Assembly (NCBI GenBank): GCA_045634545.1
Contig: JAZRAL010000023.1
Span: 1,161-65,160, forward strand
From: Alphaproteobacteria bacterium
GTDB taxonomy: Bacteria > Pseudomonadota > Alphaproteobacteria > RF32 > CAG-239
Direction of reading: 5' to 3'
Length of the DNA stretch: 64,000 bases
Positions 51,568 through 59,698 of the stretch are shown here, in pieces (positions within the stretch are counted from its first letter, which is position 1; each line of letters starts with the position of its first letter). Position numbers and translations under genes: made by a program. The notes beneath the pieces were generated by a model. It was not told where the DNA came from and ran no database searches. It saw only the letters and a list, made by a program, of their open reading frames with translations.

Positions 51568-52302
51568 ATGATAAAAAAAGTAGCTGGAATTTTGGGTGTT
51601 TTTTTATTGTCTGCATGTCATGTTGGACAACTTACGACTCTTTATACAGATAACACTTCTTATGATGTTGATGGTGTGAGGTTTGATGCTAACAACAAAC
51701 CTATTACAGGTTTATACCATAAATATTCTAAAACAATGAGATTAAAAGAAGAAATCCATTATGTTGATGGACTAATTAGTGGTCTTTATTTAGTTTATAA
51801 CAATAAAGGTAAGATTATTCTTAATGCGCAATATTATGAAGGCCTACCTCATGGTAAAGTTGTTCTATATTATGACAATGGTAAAGAACAAGAAGTTAGC
51901 TACTATAATGAAGGAAAACTTGATGGAAGTAGAATCTTTTATTATGAAAATGGTGATTTGCTTAGAAAAGAAAGTTATAAAAAAGGCAAAAAACATGGGT
52001 TAATTGAAGAATATTTCCATAATGGAGCAGTTAAACACTCGATTACTTATAATAAAGGAAAGCAAAACGGACCTCAAAGATATTATACCGAAGCAAATAA
52101 CCTTATTAGTTATTCTGAATTTGTTAAAGGTAAATGCAATGGGGTTACTCAAAGCTTTTACAAAAATGGAAAACCTCAAGTTTTGGCCAAATGTAAAAAT
52201 GGCAAATTGCACGGAAAGGCTAAATATTTTGATAAAAAAGGTAACCTTACTAATATTATCACATATGATACAGGACAAGAAATTAACAATGTAAAATTTT
52301 AA
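51568..52302 (+). CDS. MORN-repeat-variant lipoprotein (YwqK-like)
   Basis: Lipobox 'LLSAC'. Repeated 'G...G....YY.NGK' units (MORN_2 type). Confidence 0.75.
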   Translation: MIKKVAGILGVFLLSACHVGQLTTLYTDNTSYDVDGVRFDANNKPITGLYHKYSKTMRLKEEIHYVDGLISGLYLVYNNKGKIILNAQYYEGLPHGKVVLYYDNGKEQEVSYYNEGKLDGSRIFYYENGDLLRKESYKKGKKHGLIEEYFHNGAVKHSITYNKGKQNGPQRYYTEANNLISYSEFVKGKCNGVTQSFYKNGKPQVLAKCKNGKLHGKAKYFDKKGNLTNIITYDTGQEINNVKF

Positions 52303-52369
52303 GCTTGCGGTTTTTTGGTATTCTTGTATACTTTCATAAGTTTTTAACAATATTTAATGTAGGTAGAAA

Positions 52370-53314
52370 ATGAATAAATTAAATAATGATATTGATGTTT
52401 CTTTTGTTATGTCTGTTTATAACAAAGAGTTTTATCTGCCTGCAGTTTTAGAAGCTTTGGTTAATCAGACGGGCTTAAAAAATCCAGAATTTATTTTTAT
52501 TGATGATGTATCTAAAGACAAGTCTGTTGAAATTATCAAAGAAAGAATGAAAGACATTAAGAATGTAACAATTGTTGCAAAAGAAAAGAATGAAGGCATT
52601 AGCATTACTGTTAACCAAGGTATTATGAGAGCTAAGGGTAAATGGGTTAGAATGCTTGATAGTGATGATATTTTACCTCTTAATTCTACAGAAAAAATGA
52701 TTGAACTTGCTGATACTCATAATGCTGATATGGTTTATGGTACATTTACTAAAACTGGTAAAGAGCCAATGGATATTGCTCATGAATTTATGAAAGATAA
52801 TTTTAGTTATAACTATCAAGAAAATGCTCTAAAAGCTGTGCTTAATGGGCGCTTTACTCGTATGGGGCAACTTATTAAAAGAGATGTTTTGCAAAAGGCT
52901 GGAGGTGCTGATGAGAGAGTATTTATTCAAGATGAGAGCATTCCTTTAAGAGTTGCTAGACTTGCTAAAGGCGCAATTAAAATGGATGCTGATGTTGTTT
53001 TGGTTCCAAGAGAAACTAACAATTTGAGCAAAAACACCAACCAACTTGATAATGATAGATTTTTTGCGCATTACTATGTATTAAAGGATTTTTTAAGTGA
53101 GTTAGCTAAAGATGATATTGCAAAGATTTATGAAAAAGCATTATCTGCAAACTGGAAATATGTTAAAAAGAATCTAAAAGCACCATATTTCACAAAAGAT
53201 TTCTATAGATATTTGCATGCTAAGATATGCAATCTCGACCCTGATTTTAAATACCTTGAAGCAATAGCTGAACGTTTTCTTAAGCTTGATAACGTGCTTC
53301 GCTCAAAAAAATAA
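52370..53314 (+). CDS. family 2 glycosyltransferase
   Basis: 'VSFVMSVYNKEFYLPAVLEALVNQT...FIFIDDVSKDKS...RMLDSDD'. Confidence 0.85.
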   Translation: MNKLNNDIDVSFVMSVYNKEFYLPAVLEALVNQTGLKNPEFIFIDDVSKDKSVEIIKERMKDIKNVTIVAKEKNEGISITVNQGIMRAKGKWVRMLDSDDILPLNSTEKMIELADTHNADMVYGTFTKTGKEPMDIAHEFMKDNFSYNYQENALKAVLNGRFTRMGQLIKRDVLQKAGGADERVFIQDESIPLRVARLAKGAIKMDADVVLVPRETNNLSKNTNQLDNDRFFAHYYVLKDFLSELAKDDIAKIYEKALSANWKYVKKNLKAPYFTKDFYRYLHAKICNLDPDFKYLEAIAERFLKLDNVLRSKK

Positions 53315-53354
53315 ACTAAAATCAATTTGATTATTCAACAAATAAAAGTTTTAC

Positions 53355-53729
53355 TTAAGCTATTAAGTTTAATTCGTTGATTTTTTGTTTTAAATCAATA
53401 TCTTTGAATTCTTTTATAAGTATTTCACGATATTCTTCAGCCCATGCAACCATTGATTCTATTACAGGCTTTAGGTTATATCCTATTGCAGTTAGAGTAT
53501 AATCTACACGTGGAGGAATTTCTGCATATACTTTACGAACCAATATGCCATTTTCCTCTAACATTCTAAGATTAGATGTTAAAACTTTTTGTGTTATATC
53601 GCCTAATTCTTTTTTTAGCTCACCAAAACGCTTTGTACCATCCATCAAACACTCGATAATTTGCATTTTCCATCTATCACCAAGCATTTTTATAGTTGTT
53701 TCAGCCAAGTTTTTAGAAACTTTTTCCAT
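53355..53729 (-). CDS. HxlR-family transcriptional regulator
   Basis: 'LGDRWKMQIIECLMDGTKRFGELKKELGDITQKVLTSNLRMLEENGILVRKVY..IPPRVDYTLT'. Confidence 0.88.
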   Translation of the reverse strand: MEKVSKNLAETTIKMLGDRWKMQIIECLMDGTKRFGELKKELGDITQKVLTSNLRMLEENGILVRKVYAEIPPRVDYTLTAIGYNLKPVIESMVAWAEEYREILIKEFKDIDLKQKINELNLIA

Positions 53730-53927
53730 TTTTTATACCCTTATCTTTATTGCATGTGTAGATAATAATATCACTTTTAGTTCTTTTTCAAGGGGATTTT
53801 ATATTTAATACAGATAATTTTTCATACTATTTTACAGAGATTATATGTTGATAGATTTAGTTTAATATTGAAGTGTTTTATATTTTTTGTAATATTTTGT
53901 TATGTTTTTATATATAGGGTCTTTAGT

Positions 53928-54566
53928 ATGCGAGTTTTGTGTTTTTCATCAGAATGTTATTATATAAAAGTTGATAATCTTTTAGCTCTTGATGTTATTG
54001 ATATTGAAGATGTAAAAAAGTCTAAAGATTGTGATGCTTTGATTTTAGTTAGTGAAAATGGTTGCAAGCTTTGTTTGGGAAAAGAGTTGTTATCAACAAA
54101 ATCAAAAGATGATTTTGTAAAAACTAAAGTTGTGTATTATTCATATCCTGCTTTAATTGGCTTTTTTATAAATTTAATAAAGCCGATTAAACGCAAGTTT
54201 TATATCAAAAACAACCAAAGTTTTAGAGTTAGATTTGATAAACTATTAGAAGCAAATTTAACAAGAGGCGAGAGAAATAGAGATAATGCTTATCAATGGA
54301 CCAATAAAAAATGGCAAATAAGTAAAGAAGAAGCTAATAAAAGATATAATGATTTATATAATTCATTAAAAGAAAATGGCTATGATGAAAAAAGCCCGAT
54401 GATTGTGATGATTAATCGAAAATTTGGGATAAAAGACCAAATTTTACAGGGACATCATAGAATAGGAATATGTAAAGAGGTTGGAATTAGTGAAGTTAAT
54501 ATATGCTTTTGGTCTACTCCAATCTCTTTTAGTTTTTTTAGATTGTTTTTGAAAAAGAAAGGATAA
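53928..54566 (+). CDS. hypothetical protein with ParB/sulfiredoxin-like 'GHHR' motif
   Basis: 'DEKSPMIVMINRKFGIKDQILQGHHRIGICKEVGISEV'. Start taken at the ATG at 53928. Confidence 0.4.
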   Translation: MRVLCFSSECYYIKVDNLLALDVIDIEDVKKSKDCDALILVSENGCKLCLGKELLSTKSKDDFVKTKVVYYSYPALIGFFINLIKPIKRKFYIKNNQSFRVRFDKLLEANLTRGERNRDNAYQWTNKKWQISKEEANKRYNDLYNSLKENGYDEKSPMIVMINRKFGIKDQILQGHHRIGICKEVGISEVNICFWSTPISFSFFRLFLKKKG

Positions 54567-54569
54567 GCC

Positions 54570-55706
54570 ATGAAAATTATGCTTGTTCGTGACAGAAATG
54601 TCTTAAACACAAATTGGTTAATTTATTTTGCAAATTTACTTGCTGAGCGTGAGCATGAGGTGTTGATTGCTTGTGACACATATTCTAAATTAGGAAAGAT
54701 GGCGCCACAATTTAGTCTACATAAAAATGTTAGAGTTTGCAATTTAAGTGGTAAAGTTGATAATAAAATAATTGATTTTTATCATAAGGTTAGAGCTAAA
54801 CTTATACCACCCTATTTTCGTTTTAACAAACTGATAAAAGATGAAAATCCTGATGTATTAATTTGCTATTTCCCAACAGATTTATTTAATGTAACACGTT
54901 TTCAAAATCATAATATACCAATTATTCAAATGTTGCATGGAAGACCTAGTCTTGTTTTGAATAAATATTTGAATAAACCTAGTTTATTAAACTTTTTTTA
55001 TAAAAAAAGTTTTAAGAAGATAAATACTTTTCATGTTCTAATTACATCTTTTAAGTTTGATATAAATGAATGGTTTGAACCAAATAATATTGAAACAATA
55101 GCCAATCCTGTTGAACAAGTAGATGATAATGAAATTGCTAATTTAGATACAGAAAAGAAGAAAATTATTTATATTGCTAGAATTGAAAGAAACATTAAAC
55201 AACCTCATGTTTTGGTGGAAGCGTTTAATAAGATTGCAAAAGAATTTCCTGATTGGAAAGTTGAGATTTATGGACTTCGCAAATATCCTGATTATGATAA
55301 GGAAATTAATGATTATATAGACAATAATGGTCTTAATAATCAAGTGTTTATGATGGGCTATAGTGAAGACTTGCCGTCTATATACAAAAGCGCAGATATT
55401 CATGCTTTTCCAAGTAATTGTGAAGGGTTTAGCCTTGCTATTGCAGATGGGATGGCTTATGGGCTTCCTCATGTTGGATTTAAAAAATCACCATCTATTA
55501 ATGAAGTTATTATTGACGGTCACAATGGATTTTTAGCAGATGATATTGATGATTTCGCAGATAAACTAAAAACACTTATGCTTGATAAAGACCTAAGAGT
55601 TAAAATGGGTAAAAATGCTCATGATGATATGAAAGATTATGCACCTAATATAATTATTGATAAGTGGGAAGAACTTATCAATAAAGTCACAACATCAAAC
55701 AAATAA
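54570..55706 (+). CDS. family 4 (GT-B, group 1) glycosyltransferase
   Basis: 'IHAFPSNCEGFSLAIADGMAYGLPHVGFKKSPSINEVIIDGHNGFL'. Confidence 0.85.
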   Translation: MKIMLVRDRNVLNTNWLIYFANLLAEREHEVLIACDTYSKLGKMAPQFSLHKNVRVCNLSGKVDNKIIDFYHKVRAKLIPPYFRFNKLIKDENPDVLICYFPTDLFNVTRFQNHNIPIIQMLHGRPSLVLNKYLNKPSLLNFFYKKSFKKINTFHVLITSFKFDINEWFEPNNIETIANPVEQVDDNEIANLDTEKKKIIYIARIERNIKQPHVLVEAFNKIAKEFPDWKVEIYGLRKYPDYDKEINDYIDNNGLNNQVFMMGYSEDLPSIYKSADIHAFPSNCEGFSLAIADGMAYGLPHVGFKKSPSINEVIIDGHNGFLADDIDDFADKLKTLMLDKDLRVKMGKNAHDDMKDYAPNIIIDKWEELINKVTTSNK

Positions 55707-55737
55707 AAAAAAGAGCCCTTAAAAAAGGGCTTTTTTC
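55705..55737. terminator. bidirectional terminator
   Basis: AGCCCTT aaaa AAGGGCT with A8 and T6 flanks. Confidence 0.75.
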
Positions 55738-56607
55738 TTATTTTGAAATCACTTCTCCAAGTTGAGTTCCCATTTTCACTGGTAATGATGGAGCTAGGCC
55801 TTTGGCTAGTTTTACTTTTTTATTTTCAAAAACACATACTGCAGTGCTTCCTAACATAAAACGACCTAGCTCTGAGCCTTTTTCTAATATGATATTATCT
55901 TTTTGGTAATCATATATTGTTATTTCTTTTCCACATTTTGGGGCAACTGTGCCGGCAAAAACAGTTGCAATACTTGCAACAATTGTTGCACCAACTAAAA
56001 CTACAGCAAAACGCCCTATTGTTTCATTGTTAAAAAAGCATATAACTCTTTCATTTCTAGCAAAAAGATTATCTATATTTTTCGCAGTTAGTGGACTTAC
56101 TGAAAATAAATCTCCTGGAACAAAAACCATTTTTTCTAACTTTCCAGTAAATGGCATATGTACCCTATGATAATCTTTAGGTGATAAATATATTGTTGCA
56201 AATGTACCATTTTCAAAGATTTTACTATCTTTAGGATTTCCACCTAATAATGCTTCAAGGCTATAATAATGCCCTTTGGCTTGCAAAATTGCATCTTTAT
56301 AAATTTCTCCTAACTCGCTTATACGTCCATCTGCTGGCATTGCTAAAGCATTTTTATCTTCAACAATTGGACGAGCTCCAGCTCTTAATTCACGAGTAAA
56401 AAACTCATTAAATGTTTTATATTTAGCTGTTGATTTTATTTTAGCTTCTGCCATATCAACATGATAATATTTAACGAAACTATCAATTAGAAAGGTTGTT
56501 GCCTTCCCCATTTGGCTTGATGCCAATACGCCAATACTTCTTGATAAAAATTTCTTTGGTAAAAAATATTGAGATGTTACTTTAATTTTGTCAGTTAAAG
56601 ATGTCAT
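55738..56607 (-). CDS. psd: phosphatidylserine decarboxylase proenzyme
   Basis: 'FNEFFTRELRAGARPI', 'YHRVHMP', and the self-cleavage 'FMLGSTAV' (LGST) site. Confidence 0.93.
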   Translation of the reverse strand: MTSLTDKIKVTSQYFLPKKFLSRSIGVLASSQMGKATTFLIDSFVKYYHVDMAEAKIKSTAKYKTFNEFFTRELRAGARPIVEDKNALAMPADGRISELGEIYKDAILQAKGHYYSLEALLGGNPKDSKIFENGTFATIYLSPKDYHRVHMPFTGKLEKMVFVPGDLFSVSPLTAKNIDNLFARNERVICFFNNETIGRFAVVLVGATIVASIATVFAGTVAPKCGKEITIYDYQKDNIILEKGSELGRFMLGSTAVCVFENKKVKLAKGLAPSLPVKMGTQLGEVISK

Positions 56608-56723
56608 TTTAAACTCCTTTTCTAATATCTAGTTTAAGAAGATAACAATGCTCTTTTTCTTTGTCAATAAATTTGAAATAAAAAAAACTCCCAAGCATTA
56701 AGCTTAGGAGTTTTTTTGAAGTT

Positions 56724-58358
56724 TTAAGGTTTCTTTGACTTAAAAGTTCTTGTTGAACCATCTGGCGCAGTAAGAGTTAATGTGTATAAATCTGATGAGA
56801 ATTTTGTTTCATACCCATCCATCTTTGAACAATATTTACCATCTACCATATTTTTCCAGCCGATAGCTTTACAAGTTGTAACATCTATACCGGAAACAAG
56901 TTCATTGTTTTCTTTGTACCAGTATATTGCATTTGATGTATCAACAGCTCTTGCTAGGCGATATTGTCCTTTCTTTTCAATTGCTGCAGAGTTAAATCCT
57001 GAATAGCCACTTTGAGTGTATGTAAAAGATGCTGGATAATACTCATCATATTCACATATTCCCCAATCATAACCTTGCTCATAACGAACGATTACACATT
57101 TCTTAGTTACTTTGCTTGATACATCAAATACAGCACTTACAAAATGAGATATAATTCGCCCATGCGCAGGTATTGTCTCATCATCAGGAGTTAGCGTGTT
57201 GTTTTCTTTTAGATTTAAAATGGTTATAACAGCTGAAGTAAAACTCTTGCTTGCAACAATTAGGTTTCCTTGAGTTGTTAAGGTTGATGTTTTTTCATTA
57301 TTTTTTGATGTGCTCGTATCATAGCTAAAAGCACTAGTCAAATCATAATTAAAAACCTTATCATCTAAGCTAAAAGATACCTCATATGATGGATAAACAA
57401 AACTATCATCAAAAGATGTGCTTGAATTTGAAAAAGTTACCTTTTCCTGAATTTCTTTTTTAAGAATATTCCAGTTATCTTTGCTTAAATCTTCTGTTTT
57501 GTTTGTGGTGGTCGTTAGTTTTTTAGTAAAATCAAATGACGACACCTCAAGAGTTTTGTTTTTTTCCGAAGAAAGACCAATATTGAGTGCAGGAGATTGA
57601 TACTTTGTAGTCTTTTTGCCTCCTTTGCTCCAGATTTCATTTCTTTCAAGAATTAAGGTTAATGAATTATCTGAAATCCATTCGTAACTTTGGTTATATG
57701 TTACATCAAGAAGCTCATCGGCATCATTTAGAACTACTTTTAAGTAATCAATATTTAGACTTTCTGTTCCATCTTCTGAAGCGTAATTTACCATCCAATC
57801 AAACGAAAATAACAAATCTACTTTGTATTCATCCGTTTTATCCTTAGAGAGCGAGGATTTAGCATCAATAAAATCTATCGAATTTATTGATACAAAAGGT
57901 AACATTACATCAAAATTAGGATTATCGTTGGTGTAAACCTCATAATAAGCCTTGGCAGTGATTATCTGACCATCATCAAAACTAAACTCTTTATCGTATG
58001 TGTAAATAGTTGGAGATGAAGAGTTAGAATCTTTGTCTTCTTTGCTTGTTATATAAGTTGGTGTTGCGTCCTCATTTGAATTAATGGGAATCACATCATC
58101 TCTTTTATAAAAAACAATCTTTGCCTTGGGTGTATAGGTCTTTATCGCACCTTGATAATTGACACTAACTGTTTGAGCGCACTCATAGATTAGTGTATCA
58201 CCTTTTGAAGTTTCGCTCCAAAGGTAAGTGCTCTTTACAATTGGAGAAATTGAGCCAGTAATATCCATGGGATCTTGACCAGCACAACAGCTTAAGAACA
58301 CAATACTCATAATTCCTAGAACTATGAGTTGAATAACATTTTTTCTTTTTGTTTTCAT
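56724..58358 (-). CDS. large lipoprotein (hypothetical)
   Basis: 'MKTKRKNVIQLIVLGIMSIVFLSCC' is a signal peptide plus lipobox. Ser/Thr/Asp-rich beta-type sequence. Confidence 0.6.
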   Translation of the reverse strand: MKTKRKNVIQLIVLGIMSIVFLSCCAGQDPMDITGSISPIVKSTYLWSETSKGDTLIYECAQTVSVNYQGAIKTYTPKAKIVFYKRDDVIPINSNEDATPTYITSKEDKDSNSSSPTIYTYDKEFSFDDGQIITAKAYYEVYTNDNPNFDVMLPFVSINSIDFIDAKSSLSKDKTDEYKVDLLFSFDWMVNYASEDGTESLNIDYLKVVLNDADELLDVTYNQSYEWISDNSLTLILERNEIWSKGGKKTTKYQSPALNIGLSSEKNKTLEVSSFDFTKKLTTTTNKTEDLSKDNWNILKKEIQEKVTFSNSSTSFDDSFVYPSYEVSFSLDDKVFNYDLTSAFSYDTSTSKNNEKTSTLTTQGNLIVASKSFTSAVITILNLKENNTLTPDDETIPAHGRIISHFVSAVFDVSSKVTKKCVIVRYEQGYDWGICEYDEYYPASFTYTQSGYSGFNSAAIEKKGQYRLARAVDTSNAIYWYKENNELVSGIDVTTCKAIGWKNMVDGKYCSKMDGYETKFSSDLYTLTLTAPDGSTRTFKSKKP

Positions 58359-58589
58359 ATACATTTATTTTTTTGATTATTACTCTAGACAAATAAACCT
58401 TTAATTTATAACAATAAATAGCATAATTTAGTTACACAATAAGATTTTTTCGCACGTATTTTATTTATTTACAAATAAAAAATCAAGAGTTTTTTGTCTT
58501 TACACGCGCTTTTTGTCTAAAAAAATATTGACAATATTATATTTTTCTTATAGATATAAACTGCTTAAAAAATTATTATCTAAAATTTA

Positions 58590-59333
58590 ATGCTTATGTT
58601 GTACAATGAAATTAAAGAGCTTCTTCTCGACAGATCAAGGAGGCTTACGAGTGATGAAGCGAGAGACATTCTTGCTACCTGGAAGCAAAACCCTCTCTGG
58701 TACCAGAGTTTTCTTAGAAACATAGATGCTTCTATAGCGTTAAAAAGATATGAAGATTATAATGAAATTGATAATCTTCATACTTTTGTTCCATCAAAGG
58801 TAAAGGTTGTTGCACCTTTTATTGCTGAAAAGTTTTTATCTCTTAACTCTTCTGTTGTCAGCAAAGAATTCTTTAGTGTTCTTAGTGATTTATCACTTCG
58901 ATCAGAAGAAGCTAAGGCACAAATCTATGCTTGGCCATATTTGAATGAGGAGCTTATTTGCTACCATTCCTATGGCTTGGTTATGGAAATTATCCAAAGT
59001 TTTTCCTTTGTCTTTAACTTTGAAGAAGATACAGACGGAAAAATGTTTGATAAAATTCTTAATTTCTTTGAGGATAGCCAGTTTGAAAGAACAATTTTTG
59101 CTGTTGCAAGCTTTAATATCTCTGGATACATTGAAGTTTTGTCATCTAATGAAAACAGCGATCCTATTAAAGGCATTGAAGTGATTGGTTTTTCAGAGCA
59201 TTTCTTTGAAGGATTTGGCGCAGACTACTGTACCTTTAGAAAAATGTTTATCACCTATGTTTCAATGGTGAAAGATTTAAAGAAGGACTTTATCCGTGAT
59301 GTAAACAAAACTTTGGGAATTTTCCCTTATTAG
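58590..59333 (+). CDS. hypothetical protein (orphan, GC-richer)
   Basis: 247-aa ORF. The first 120 nt are about 43% G+C by hand count. Starts ATGCTTATGTT, like 16538..17257. Confidence 0.55.
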   Translation: MLMLYNEIKELLLDRSRRLTSDEARDILATWKQNPLWYQSFLRNIDASIALKRYEDYNEIDNLHTFVPSKVKVVAPFIAEKFLSLNSSVVSKEFFSVLSDLSLRSEEAKAQIYAWPYLNEELICYHSYGLVMEIIQSFSFVFNFEEDTDGKMFDKILNFFEDSQFERTIFAVASFNISGYIEVLSSNENSDPIKGIEVIGFSEHFFEGFGADYCTFRKMFITYVSMVKDLKKDFIRDVNKTLGIFPY

Positions 59334-59346
59334 GTGAAAAAGACAC

Positions 59347-59378
59347 TAAAAAAGCTGGGTTTCCCCAGCTTTTTTTTT
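59347..59378. terminator. bidirectional terminator
   Basis: AGCTGGG tttc CCCAGCT with A and T9 flanks. Confidence 0.8.
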
Positions 59379-59383
59379 ATATT

Positions 59384-59695
59384 TTATTGCAACTCAAAGG
59401 CGCAATATATGTTTTTTAATAATGAGGTTCTGTTTAAGACAGATTTTATACCTTGAGATGTAATAGAAGCATATTCAGGAATAAAAACCCCTTTAACATC
59501 TTTATCATTTACAGCATCTTCAAGCTCTTTTAGAGATGTTGCTTCTTTATAGCCTTTGATGTTTTTTATAACCTCTTCTTCTACTTTATTTGCAACATGA
59601 TAGATTTTATACTCATGTACAATACTATGTGGGCGAGCCATTACTGTTTGTAGCATAATAGTCTCTATTTCATCTCTATTAAAACGTTTTTCCAT
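59384..59695 (-). CDS. hypothetical 103-aa protein, last gene of the vWA/AAA+ operon
   Basis: Its start is 4 nt after the AAA+ gene stop. No family recognised. Confidence 0.5.
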   Translation of the reverse strand: MEKRFNRDEIETIMLQTVMARPHSIVHEYKIYHVANKVEEEVIKNIKGYKEATSLKELEDAVNDKDVKGVFIPEYASITSQGIKSVLNRTSLLKNIYCAFELQ

Positions 59696-59698
59696 AAT

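Noticed and set aside
53730-53927. Intergenic region between hxlR and the ParB-like/GT4 genes, considered as an invertible promoter for the nearby invertase.
   Set aside because: I only found short, imperfect repeats (ACAGATAAT / ACAGAGATTAT in direct orientation) and no flanking inverted repeats by eye. This needs a computational inverted-repeat search and read-orientation data.
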